A DNA stretch of 57,609 bases from an uncultured archaeon. GTDB lineage: Archaea > Asgardarchaeota > Lokiarchaeia > Sigyniarchaeales > SOKP01. Position 1 is the stretch's first letter. Every line of letters begins with the position of its first letter. Both the position numbers and the translations under genes were made by a program. The stretch covers positions 1-57,609 of the forward strand of contig CAZBPC010000007.1 of assembly GCA_964493715.1 (NCBI GenBank), read 5' to 3'. Below are positions 18,590 through 28,083 of the stretch, piece after piece. The notes beneath the pieces are model-generated. The model was not told where the DNA came from and searched no databases. It saw only the letters and a program-made list of their open reading frames with translations.

Positions 18590-20071
18590 TCACTTCCAAT
18601 ATCCTAATAAATAATCATATAATTTATTAAATTCTAACTGTAATTTTCTATACTCCATTTTTTTGGCTTTATTTGGTTCAATAATGATACTGTCATTAAT
18701 GTCATTTTCCTTGAAACATTTTATAAATCCTAAACCGTAAGCTGCAAGCAGACCGCAACCTCTCAAACTAGCCTCAGGTTCATTCGTTAAAATATGGGGG
18801 ATTTGAGAGATGTCTGCTTTTATTTGATATAATAACTTATTTCGAGTTGCTCCACCAACACAAAACACTTGTTTGATGTCTACTCCTACTTTTTTATAAG
18901 TTTGAATGTCTTTACCTAGTGCTAAACTAACCCCCTCCATTACAGATCTTGCTAAATGACCTGCTGTGTGATTTATGGTTAATCCAAAAAAACATCCTTT
19001 TGCGTGAACATTCTCTTGTCGGCGTTCACCTAACAAGTAAGGGTAAAAAATCAACCCTTCGCTTCCACAAGGTACTTTTTCTGCCATTTCTATCATTTGC
19101 TCATATGTAATTTCCCTTGAATTAACAGAAGCTAAGAAATCCTTATACCATTTCATGCTTAAACCCCCAGTATCCAACATCGTGAATGGAATCCACCCCT
19201 TAATTACATGTTTTAAATTTTGGACAGAGGAATTTATTACAGGTCTATCTTTTTGAACGACAAAGAGGGTACTCGTTCCTGTCATATCAACGGCTGTTCC
19301 TTCCGAAACTAAACCTATCCCTAATAAAGAAACTATGAAATCCCCACCACCGGCAATCACAGGGATATTGATGGGAATTCCTAAATCCTTTGAGATTTCT
19401 GCTCGAACTTTTCCAATAGTAGCATAAGAGTTATTAATGGGTGGAAATTTGTTAAGATCAAGGTCTAAAACTTCAGCTATAATATTTGAATATTTTTCAG
19501 TAGCGAAATCATAAAGATATGTCCCTGAAGCTTCACTTGGATCTGTACTAGCAACCCCTGTGAGTTGAAAATTAATGAAATCTTTTGGAGCGAGAAACCA
19601 TTTAGTTTTATGGTATATCTCAGGTTGATTCTCTTTAATCCATTTAATTTTAAAGCCTTGCCAGCCAGTTGTAATAGGATTTCCAGTGATTTTACTTAGG
19701 TTCGATTCTTCAAAATTTTTTCGTATATCATTACAGATATCCTCACATCGCTTATCCATCCAAATTTGTGTCCAGTCTGTAGTAATCTCCCCCTTATTAT
19801 CAATACCGACTGGACCATGCATCTGCCCACAAGTACATACGCCTTTAATGGTATTTATATCTACTTTTGAGTTCTTTACTACGTCAGAAATTACTTTTTT
19901 TGTTAAATCCCACCAAATATGTGGTTTCTGCTGGGCCCAGCCAGGTATTGGGCTATTCACTTCTTGATGTTGTTGTGAAACTGCTAAAATCGTACCTTCT
20001 ATATTAACAATCCCAGCTCTGATGCTTTGAGTTCCAATATCAATTGCTAAGATGTTGATAATTTTCCTCAC
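18590..20071 (-). CDS. FGGY-family carbohydrate kinase (xylulokinase-like)
   Basis: AIDIGTQS, GQMHG, GGGD, TGTS, PYLLGER, VGGA. Confidence 0.92.
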   Translation of the reverse strand: MRKIINILAIDIGTQSIRAGIVNIEGTILAVSQQHQEVNSPIPGWAQQKPHIWWDLTKKVISDVVKNSKVDINTIKGVCTCGQMHGPVGIDNKGEITTDWTQIWMDKRCEDICNDIRKNFEESNLSKITGNPITTGWQGFKIKWIKENQPEIYHKTKWFLAPKDFINFQLTGVASTDPSEASGTYLYDFATEKYSNIIAEVLDLDLNKFPPINNSYATIGKVRAEISKDLGIPINIPVIAGGGDFIVSLLGIGLVSEGTAVDMTGTSTLFVVQKDRPVINSSVQNLKHVIKGWIPFTMLDTGGLSMKWYKDFLASVNSREITYEQMIEMAEKVPCGSEGLIFYPYLLGERRQENVHAKGCFFGLTINHTAGHLARSVMEGVSLALGKDIQTYKKVGVDIKQVFCVGGATRNKLLYQIKADISQIPHILTNEPEASLRGCGLLAAYGLGFIKCFKENDINDSIIIEPNKAKKMEYRKLQLEFNKLYDYLLGYWK

Positions 20072-20098
20072 CTTAAGTGGATTAATTTCTAAAAAAAA

Positions 20099-20734
20099 TC
20101 ATCCGATTTCTGATTTTATTAGTGAAAGTGCTCTTGTTGTCAAGTTTTTAATCTCTTCAAAATTGCCTGATGATATCAAGTCCTTATTTACGAGCCAACT
20201 TCCCCCACATGCTATAACGTTATCTAATTTTAGATAATCAGTAAGAGTATTTTCATTGATTCCACCCGTTGGCATGAAACGAGCGGTGGGATATGGTCCA
20301 GAGATTAATTTAAGCATTTTTATTCCTCCTGAAAGATCAGCAGGAAAAAATTTGAAAAAATTTAGTCCTCTTTCTAATCCCCATTCTACAAATGAAGGGG
20401 CATTAAGGCCAGGAACTACTATAATTTTGTTTTGAACACAATAATCTACAACAGTAGGATTAAAACCTGGAGTAACTATGAATTCTGAGCCTGCGTCCAT
20501 TGCAGCATTAACTTGGTCAATCGTAAGTACCGTACCAGCTCCTATTAACATTTCTGGATATTTTTTTCTTATTATTGAAATTGATTCTGTTGCTGCTTCA
20601 GTTCTAAATGTAATTTCAACTACTGGTAAACCCGAATCCATAAGAGCTCTTCCTAAAGGGAGAGCGTTTTTAGAATCTTCAATAACGGCAACGGGGATTA
20701 GTTTTAATTTTTCAATTTTTTTAATTACATCCAT
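20099..20734 (-). CDS. eda: KDPG/KHG aldolase
   Basis: VEITFRT, IGAGTV, KFFPA (Schiff-base Lys), FMPTGGI, GGSW. Confidence 0.92.
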   Translation of the reverse strand: MDVIKKIEKLKLIPVAVIEDSKNALPLGRALMDSGLPVVEITFRTEAATESISIIRKKYPEMLIGAGTVLTIDQVNAAMDAGSEFIVTPGFNPTVVDYCVQNKIIVVPGLNAPSFVEWGLERGLNFFKFFPADLSGGIKMLKLISGPYPTARFMPTGGINENTLTDYLKLDNVIACGGSWLVNKDLISSGNFEEIKNLTTRALSLIKSEIG

Positions 20735-20750
20735 ATTTAGACCTCATATA

Positions 20751-21620
20751 TTATTTCTTTTTAATTTTATAAATTACATTAATTTCTGGGATTATTATTT
20801 GGAGTTGAGTGGAACTAGCAGCTCTCAGCTCTTCTAATTCTCCTCTTGTTACTGTATTATAAGCGAACATGCCAAAATGATGAACGATGAGATTTTCTAT
20901 CTTGGCAGTTTTGCATATTTCCATAACTTCTAACACTGAAAAATTCCCAGCAATATTATTTTTTAGCCGATATTCATCTCGGCCATTGATTGGTAATAAA
21001 GCTAAATCTATTTCTAATTCTTTCAATTTTGAGGTTAATCCATCATATGGTATGCAGTCCCCAGAGTGATAAACTCGGATCCCTTCAAATTCAAAAATGT
21101 ATCCTAAAAAATAATGTTCTCCTTTTTCATTCACTTTAAGACTCTCGTGAGAAGCAGCAATTCCAATGATTTTTATAGTGTTTTCTAAATTAAGGAGTTT
21201 TCCGTCATCTGCTTGGATAATTTGATGAGATTTAACACCTCTATTTAATCCTTCTTCCAATTCCGCTGCGGGTAAGATAATTTTTACATCTTGGTTATTA
21301 TCACTTAGAATTGAAAGCGTTTCTGGATCCATATGATCAGAATGTGCATGAGAACATAAAATATAATCAACAGTAGAAATAACTTGGGGTAATATTGGAA
21401 TTTTCATCAATCGAATATGAGGAAATATTTTATCCTTATATTTTTCTGATAAATAATCCGATAGGTATGGATCAATTATTAATATCTTGTTTCTATACTT
21501 AAATATAAATCCTGCTTGGCCAATCCAAGCTAATTGTATTTCATTTTTAGGGCTAGATTTGATTTCAATAAATTTCTCTAAGTTTTTAATGAATTCAGTA
21601 GTTATTTTAATTTTTGACAT
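20751..21620 (-). CDS. Metallo-beta-lactamase-fold hydrolase (UlaG-like lactonase)
   Basis: WIGQAGF, IDPYLS, SHAHSDHMD, YHSGD, LPING. Confidence 0.88.
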   Translation of the reverse strand: MSKIKITTEFIKNLEKFIEIKSSPKNEIQLAWIGQAGFIFKYRNKILIIDPYLSDYLSEKYKDKIFPHIRLMKIPILPQVISTVDYILCSHAHSDHMDPETLSILSDNNQDVKIILPAAELEEGLNRGVKSHQIIQADDGKLLNLENTIKIIGIAASHESLKVNEKGEHYFLGYIFEFEGIRVYHSGDCIPYDGLTSKLKELEIDLALLPINGRDEYRLKNNIAGNFSVLEVMEICKTAKIENLIVHHFGMFAYNTVTRGELEELRAASSTQLQIIIPEINVIYKIKKK

Positions 21621-22539
21621 CTTTACCGACCACCATCAAAATGTTATCAACAGCATCTTCCACTGATCGATTAATACTCTCTTCCGTATATGCACCTATA
21701 TGGGGTGTACATATCGTTCGTGGATGACTAATTAGTACATTAATTTCAGGAGGTTCTTTTATATAAACATCTGTGGCATAAATTTCGATTCTATTTGTAT
21801 CTAAAGCCTTGATTATTTCCAATTCATCTACGACTTCTGCTCGAGCGGTATTGATGATATAAACACCTTGTTTCATCAATGACAAAGCTTTATGGTCTAT
21901 AATCGGTTTTTCTCCCGGAGGAATGTGAAGGCTGATAATATCTGATAATTTGAAAATTTCGTTTAAACTTACATATTGGAAATCACTTGAAGGACAAAAT
22001 GATTGATCGGGATACAGATCATATCCTAAAACTTTCATTCCTAAGCCTAGAGCCATTTTTACCACGCGTTTTCCAATATTACCACATCCTAAAACTCCAA
22101 GTGTCTTCCCTTCTATTTCTATTCCTTTACTTCGATTCCATTTTTCTTCTTTTAAATCTTTATCTTGATTTGAAATATTCCTAACTGCATTTAACATTAG
22201 AGATATTGCGAGTTCTGCAACACTTTGAGCGTTAGACCCTGGAGTAATTTTAATTTCAATACCAAGATTATTTGCAGCCTTTAGATCAATATTATTTTTC
22301 CCAACACCATTTCTACTGATGACTTTTAATTTTTGTGAAGATTTTAATACTTTCTCTGAAATTTCTTCAGTTCCAGCTAAATAAGCAATGCAATCTGGTA
22401 AAATTTTAAGAAGTTCCTCCTCAGTGGGGCGTCTTCCTGCAGGACCAAATATGACCTCTAATCCAGCATTTTCTAGCCTTAGCAACGCGGGATGACCTTT
22501 AAGGGTTAATGTTCTTGACCCGATATAAACTTTATTCAT
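21607..22539 (-). CDS. D-2-hydroxyacid dehydrogenase (phosphoglycerate dehydrogenase-like)
   Basis: SRNGVG, GVLGCGNIG, INTAR, DVYIKEP, TPHIG. Confidence 0.9.
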   Translation of the reverse strand: MNKVYIGSRTLTLKGHPALLRLENAGLEVIFGPAGRRPTEEELLKILPDCIAYLAGTEEISEKVLKSSQKLKVISRNGVGKNNIDLKAANNLGIEIKITPGSNAQSVAELAISLMLNAVRNISNQDKDLKEEKWNRSKGIEIEGKTLGVLGCGNIGKRVVKMALGLGMKVLGYDLYPDQSFCPSSDFQYVSLNEIFKLSDIISLHIPPGEKPIIDHKALSLMKQGVYIINTARAEVVDELEIIKALDTNRIEIYATDVYIKEPPEINVLISHPRTICTPHIGAYTEESINRSVEDAVDNILMVVGKDVKN

Positions 22540-22561
22540 AAATTTTCTTCACTTAATGCGT

Positions 22562-23149
22562 CTATTCCTTCCATTTTGGATTATCGATTATATCTGGTTT
22601 TCCATTTCTTTCAATTACTAATTTTCTAAAACCTTGTGTCTCAATTGTTTTGTAATCGTGTCCTGCATCTGCTCTAAACACGAAAAACATTATTAATGGT
22701 TCTGTATCTGAGATATTTATGCTTCTATGAGCAAAATTAGGTGGAACATATACAGATATACCCGGAGTCATTTCTTGAATTTCTGTTTTGCCTTCAGGAT
22801 CTTCCATGAGTAAATATCCATGTCCTTTAACACAATAATACACTTCTGCAGTCTGAAGTTTTTTATGGAAGTGTCCTTTAGTCATAAAAAATTCGTTACC
22901 CACTTTTCCAGAATATAAAATTGTAGTACCAAAAGCTAGATCACTGGATTTTTCAGGAATACCAAGCTCAAAGAATTCATAAATACATTTATCTCCATTA
23001 CCAAGCATTTCTTCAGATGCTTTATTATCTAAATATATACCTTTCATATCAGAAAGCATCCTCCTTGTGGGAGTTCGATCTGGAGAACGTCCATCTTCCA
23101 AATTAAATTTAATTGAGAATGATTTATTATCTTTCATGTAAATCCTCAT
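22562..23149 (-). CDS. Cupin-type glucose-6-phosphate isomerase family protein
   Basis: FFMTKGHFH, EVYYCVKG, AHRSIN, DAGHDY. ATG at 23137 is a likely start. Confidence 0.88.
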   Translation of the reverse strand: MRIYMKDNKSFSIKFNLEDGRSPDRTPTRRMLSDMKGIYLDNKASEEMLGNGDKCIYEFFELGIPEKSSDLAFGTTILYSGKVGNEFFMTKGHFHKKLQTAEVYYCVKGHGYLLMEDPEGKTEIQEMTPGISVYVPPNFAHRSINISDTEPLIMFFVFRADAGHDYKTIETQGFRKLVIERNGKPDIIDNPKWKE

Positions 23150-23155
23150 TATTTT

Positions 23156-24109
23156 TTATTTCACTTGTAAAGCAATTTTTGATAATTTTTTAAACTTGGG
23201 ACCACTCGTGGGAATGTCCAAGTGAAAAACTTCAGCGATTACTCTCAACCATCCATGCAAAAAGTAAACCCAACCATCTTCCACATGTAACTTCTTGGCT
23301 TTTTCTTGAGCACGAGCTTGTTTTAAGAACATTAAATCTCCTCTAAAATTATAATCCCATGCAAATCCATTCACAGGAAATTCTACAGCATTTGATAGTG
23401 GAGATCCAGGAAAATCTTTTCCAGCTCCCGTTCCATTGATAACTAAGGAATATTGGTTTAAATTACCGACAATTTCATCATTATCTTCCGGAATCGGACA
23501 ATAATGATATTCAAATTTTATCCCTGGATTAATTTGAGAATGTATATTTTTCATAGTTTCAAGTCGGGATTTACTCCTATTAGTTACATGAATCTTCTCT
23601 GGCCATTCGGTCTTACTCATTGTTTCAATCAAGTAAGTTGTAAGCGCTAAAGAAGCACCTCCCGCACCCATTATACAAATTTCGCCTTTTGATTTTTTCC
23701 AATGATCTTTAGGAATAAATGCTTCATAAGATAGACCACTCGTTATTGGATCTTTAGCATGTGCCCAGAGTTCTCTATTTCTTTTAGAAATACAACTTAA
23801 CTCTCCAAGGAGATTAGTATAGGCACCAAAATGATCAAATAGATCTTTAGTAGCCTTAAATAGGTCGATCTTATGAGAGGTTACCAAAGCTCCTAATGAA
23901 TTATTATCATTTCTTATAAATTCTACAATTCTCCTATATACTTTGGGATCATCATGTATTTTGCAATCAATTCCAACAATCTGTGTTCCACCAATTCCTA
24001 AATATTCAGCCCATTTAGGAAAAACCCTCATTATTGATGATTTTGTTGTTGAAACTCCAATGTAATAAAATGTTGGTTTTTTTGCAGGCAATAAATTAAA
24101 ATTAATCAT
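23156..24109 (-). CDS. Shikimate-dehydrogenase-like oxidoreductase (divergent subfamily)
   Basis: GALVTSHK, HAKDP, MGAGGA, VTNRS, VINGTG, DGWVYF. Confidence 0.75.
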   Translation of the reverse strand: MINFNLLPAKKPTFYYIGVSTTKSSIMRVFPKWAEYLGIGGTQIVGIDCKIHDDPKVYRRIVEFIRNDNNSLGALVTSHKIDLFKATKDLFDHFGAYTNLLGELSCISKRNRELWAHAKDPITSGLSYEAFIPKDHWKKSKGEICIMGAGGASLALTTYLIETMSKTEWPEKIHVTNRSKSRLETMKNIHSQINPGIKFEYHYCPIPEDNDEIVGNLNQYSLVINGTGAGKDFPGSPLSNAVEFPVNGFAWDYNFRGDLMFLKQARAQEKAKKLHVEDGWVYFLHGWLRVIAEVFHLDIPTSGPKFKKLSKIALQVK

Positions 24110-24133
24110 GATTACCCCTTTCGATAAGAAATT

Positions 24134-25681
24134 TTATTTTGAAACGCTCTTAAAAGTTTGCGTAGTTACAGATTTATCTTTCAAGAGCATTTTAACTGCA
24201 TTTTCTGCTCCTATCATTCCAGTCACGACACCCCCAAAATTTTCACTCTGAGCGCCTACGAACCAAAGACCCTTTATTGGTGTTTTATGTTGAGGTGGTG
24301 GAATCTTAAGATGTGGAACAGTTCCTCCAAATGCATGATTTTTTAAATGTGCACGATTTTGGAAATCTTCTGGAGTAAGAATTATTTTTGTTTTAGTATG
24401 TTCTCGTAGTCCAGGAATGAACTTTTCTGCTAAAATTAAGAGTTCTTCAGCCCACTCCTCCTTTTTATCTTCCCAGCTACCATTTTTAGGATTATTAGGT
24501 GCAATAGTGTAAATAGTAATAGCGTGATGTCCCGGAGGAGCCATTTCAGGTGAATGTTTTGAAGGAATGTATACTAATAGACCATCGTTTCCTTCGTGGT
24601 AGATTCCTTTTTTACATTCTTTTATGCTTCTATCAATATCATAAGTAAAATAATAGTAACATAATGCTGCGTCATTTTGATAAATAGAAGGATCATAATC
24701 TACACCTAAATGTACCATAAATACAGATTCAGTAGTGTAAAGAGGATCAATAAAAGTATTGATAAATTCTTGTGTAAGGTGTTCACTTCCTATGAGATCC
24801 AAATACAATTCTTTAGCACCCCCACTTGCAAATACGAGATCAACTTCAATTTCTTCTTTATTAGATAGCAGAACGCTTTTAACACGATCCTCCTCTATAT
24901 TAATTTTATTTATTGCAGTGTTTGTAAGAATCTTTCCACCATTATCCAATATATATCCAGCGATTGCTTTCACGAGACTTTCCATGCCATTTTCTACAAA
25001 ACTCCAAGATTGCCTATGTTGATGTCTTCCATAATCAAGAGAAACCCTTTCATCGTATTGTGATTCCGCGTTAATTGTAGGGATGATTAAACCCGGAAAG
25101 ACTTCTGGTGAAATTACATAATCCGCTAAAATAGCAATGAATACTGCTTGGAGTTTCTTGTTTGTAAAGCAATAATCCATTAATTTCTGGGCACTCCATT
25201 CTTTTTTTCTTATGATTGGAAGGAAAGTTAGGAATAGTTTAAGCTTAGAAAAAAAACCTTCCTTGTTAATAATAGCGGTTACATCATGGATTCTCTCATA
25301 GATTTTAAAATATTTATCCAATCCCTTAGTATCCTTTGGGAAAAGCTCTTTTAAATATTTTTCTCTCCAATTGTTACCTTTAAATTCTTTAGGTCTTCTA
25401 ATCCAAAAGTCAGGAAAGTAATTTTCTCTGTAAGATTTGAAAGTTCTCACTTTTTCTGTAATTCCTAATCTCTCAAGGATTTTCCTTCCAGGTTCTCCTT
25501 CACTGAGATCTGGAACTAACATCTGACCCCAATCCCAAAAAAACCCATCCTTCTCAATCGTCGCAGTTACTCCCCCAATTTTCGCGTGTTGTTCATATAC
25601 AGTTACAGAATGACCTTCCTTTATAAGAAGTGCAGCGGACGTAAGTCCGGATAAACCTGAACCTATTACGGCAATTTTCAT
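24134..25681 (-). CDS. FAD-dependent oxidoreductase, phytoene desaturase-like
   Basis: IAVIGSGLSGL, EQHAKIGG, SVFMVHLG, MAPPGH, TPIKGLWFVG. Confidence 0.88.
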   Translation of the reverse strand: MKIAVIGSGLSGLTSAALLIKEGHSVTVYEQHAKIGGVTATIEKDGFFWDWGQMLVPDLSEGEPGRKILERLGITEKVRTFKSYRENYFPDFWIRRPKEFKGNNWREKYLKELFPKDTKGLDKYFKIYERIHDVTAIINKEGFFSKLKLFLTFLPIIRKKEWSAQKLMDYCFTNKKLQAVFIAILADYVISPEVFPGLIIPTINAESQYDERVSLDYGRHQHRQSWSFVENGMESLVKAIAGYILDNGGKILTNTAINKINIEEDRVKSVLLSNKEEIEVDLVFASGGAKELYLDLIGSEHLTQEFINTFIDPLYTTESVFMVHLGVDYDPSIYQNDAALCYYYFTYDIDRSIKECKKGIYHEGNDGLLVYIPSKHSPEMAPPGHHAITIYTIAPNNPKNGSWEDKKEEWAEELLILAEKFIPGLREHTKTKIILTPEDFQNRAHLKNHAFGGTVPHLKIPPPQHKTPIKGLWFVGAQSENFGGVVTGMIGAENAVKMLLKDKSVTTQTFKSVSK

Positions 25682-25749
25682 ATCGATTTTAAAAATATTT
25701 TAATTCCATTAAACTTTTTGAATCTTAAAAAAATTTTATTCTAATAATT

Positions 25750-27273
25750 ATGAAAGTCATTATTATTGGTTCCGGATTAGCAGGACTTACTGCCGCGTCC
25801 TACATGTGTCGAGAAGGTCATATTGTAATAATTTATGAACAATATTCAGAAATTGGAGGTGTAACAGCCACAATTCATGAAGATGGGTTTTCATGGGATA
25901 TTGGTCCCCTCTTGTTGGAAGGATTAGCTCCTCACGAAAAACTTGGAAAAATTTTAACTGAATTAGGAATCTCAGATAAAATAAATATTATTAACGAAGA
26001 TCGTGGGCAAGTTCTTCCTGATTTTACGATATGGCATCCAAAAGAGTATAAAGGGAAGTATTGGCGAAAAGAATACTTTAAAGAACTATTCCCTTCTGAA
26101 AGTGAAGGGTTAGATCGATATTATCATTTTTACGATCAAATAATGACACTTATGGCTATTAGCAATCGGTTAGAATGGACAAAAGGTTTGAATTCTATCT
26201 GGTTAAAATTAAAGCTTTTACCTAAATTTTTAAGGGTTAAGAAGTATATGGATAAAAGTGCTGCTGAACTTATGGATTCTTTTTTTAACGAACCAAAATT
26301 GAAAGCAGTATTTATGGGAATCCTTGCTGACTTTGTTGTAAAACCAAGCGAGTTCCCCGGATTAGGAGTTCCTGTCTCGAATGTTGAGACAGCTTTTGAT
26401 AAACGCATACCACTAAAAATTAAGGGTGGAAAGTTACCTAGTTATCACTACATCCAAAATGGTTGCGAGCAATTGGTAAACGCATTTGCAAGTTACATCA
26501 AAGAAAATGGAGGAAAGATTCAAACTGATTGTTTAGTTGAAAAAATTTTGATAAAGAATGATAATGCAATTGGAGTGAAACTTAAAAGTGGGGAAGAATT
26601 TCATTCGGATATTGTAATTGCAAGTGGAGGAGCTCATAAAACTTTTTTTGAATTAGTAGGAAAGGAATACTTACCTTCAGATTTTGTAGAAAATGTACAA
26701 AATCTGGTTCATATGGAATCTGTATTAATGGTACATTTGGGTATCGATTTGGATCCAACTCCATACCAGCGTGCAGCTTTATGTTATTATTATGGTACAT
26801 ATGATATCGAAGGAGCAGTCAATCGGTGTAGGTCGGGTGATTATCATGAGGGAAAGGAGGGATTTTTATTATATTTGCCTTCATTACACTCCCCTAAAAT
26901 GGCTCCTCCCGGACATCACGCTATTACTATTTACACTATTGCACCATTTGTTCTTAGTAATGGTGATTGGGCTTCACGCAGGGAAGAACTTGCAGAAAAA
27001 CTACTCATAGAGGCTGAAAAAATAATTCCTGATCTTCGAAAACACATTAAAACGAAGGTGATAATGACTCCATTGGATTTTAAATCTCGCATATTCGTCG
27101 AGAAGCACAGTTTTGGAGGATTAGCTCCAATCATGAATCAACAAAATCCTCCCCATCATACACCTATTCAAGATTTATGGTATGTTGGATCACAGAGTGA
27201 ATCTGGTGGTGGCGTGGCAGGAGTAGTAGCAGGGACGCGAAAAGCTATCTTGAAGTTATTGAAGGAAATCTAA
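25750..27273 (+). CDS. FAD-dependent oxidoreductase, phytoene desaturase-like (paralogue of 24134..25681)
   Basis: IIIGSGLAGL, EQYSEIGG, SVLMVHLG, MAPPGH, TPIQDLWYVG. Confidence 0.88.
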   Translation: MKVIIIGSGLAGLTAASYMCREGHIVIIYEQYSEIGGVTATIHEDGFSWDIGPLLLEGLAPHEKLGKILTELGISDKINIINEDRGQVLPDFTIWHPKEYKGKYWRKEYFKELFPSESEGLDRYYHFYDQIMTLMAISNRLEWTKGLNSIWLKLKLLPKFLRVKKYMDKSAAELMDSFFNEPKLKAVFMGILADFVVKPSEFPGLGVPVSNVETAFDKRIPLKIKGGKLPSYHYIQNGCEQLVNAFASYIKENGGKIQTDCLVEKILIKNDNAIGVKLKSGEEFHSDIVIASGGAHKTFFELVGKEYLPSDFVENVQNLVHMESVLMVHLGIDLDPTPYQRAALCYYYGTYDIEGAVNRCRSGDYHEGKEGFLLYLPSLHSPKMAPPGHHAITIYTIAPFVLSNGDWASRREELAEKLLIEAEKIIPDLRKHIKTKVIMTPLDFKSRIFVEKHSFGGLAPIMNQQNPPHHTPIQDLWYVGSQSESGGGVAGVVAGTRKAILKLLKEI

Positions 27274-27327
27274 AATTATATTCTGATTATGAAAATACGT
27301 TATAAAATAATTAAAAGGATAAAATAA

Positions 27328-28029
27328 ATGACTTTAAAAAATATCAAAGCTATTTTGTTTGATCTTGATGGAACGCTTATTGATGTCGATTTAAAAGGAT
27401 TTGTTCCTAACTATATGAAACTTCTTTCAGAAAAATTCAAGGACCTCATTCGTCCAAGTAAATTTGTATCTTTATTACTAGAAGCTTCAAATCAAATTGA
27501 TCAAAATGATGGTAGGATGACAAATGAGGAAATTTTTGAGCATGTTTGTTTTCCCCTTAATGGTCATTCGAGAGAAGAAGTAGATCACCTTTTTGATGAC
27601 TTTTATGATACAGAATTTATCAAATTAAAAATCTATACTAAAATTAAACAAGATGCTCGACCAGTAGTTTCCAAAGCTTTTGAGAACGGATATGATGTGG
27701 TTATTGCTACAACACCAGTGATTCCCTTAACTGCAATCCAGCAAAGGCTTGACTGGGCAGGTGTAGGTGATTTCAATTACAAATTTATAACCACGATTGA
27801 AAACATGCGAGCTAGTAAACCAAATAAGTTATACTTTACCCAGATCTTTAACATGCTTGGTGTTAAACCAAGTGAATGTTTGATGGTAGGAGATGAAAAT
27901 AAAGACATGGTAGCACGTAAATTTGGATGCGAAACATTCTTGGTTCCAAGTAATAATACTAATTTAGAGCCTACTACTCCAACGCCAACATATGAAGGAG
28001 AATTAAAAGATTTATTACCTCTCCTATAA
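27328..28029 (+). CDS. HAD-superfamily hydrolase
   Basis: FDLDGTL, IATT, SKP, LMVGD. Confidence 0.9.
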   Translation: MTLKNIKAILFDLDGTLIDVDLKGFVPNYMKLLSEKFKDLIRPSKFVSLLLEASNQIDQNDGRMTNEEIFEHVCFPLNGHSREEVDHLFDDFYDTEFIKLKIYTKIKQDARPVVSKAFENGYDVVIATTPVIPLTAIQQRLDWAGVGDFNYKFITTIENMRASKPNKLYFTQIFNMLGVKPSECLMVGDENKDMVARKFGCETFLVPSNNTNLEPTTPTPTYEGELKDLLPLL

Positions 28030-28083
28030 ATTTTATATTAATTGAATTCTAAAGTTAAATTATGAAATTAGGGTGATTATTAG

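Noticed and set aside
24134-27273. Carotenoid biosynthesis cluster (crtI)
   Set aside because: No phytoene synthase, cyclase or prenyltransferase in the window; family membership alone does not establish function.
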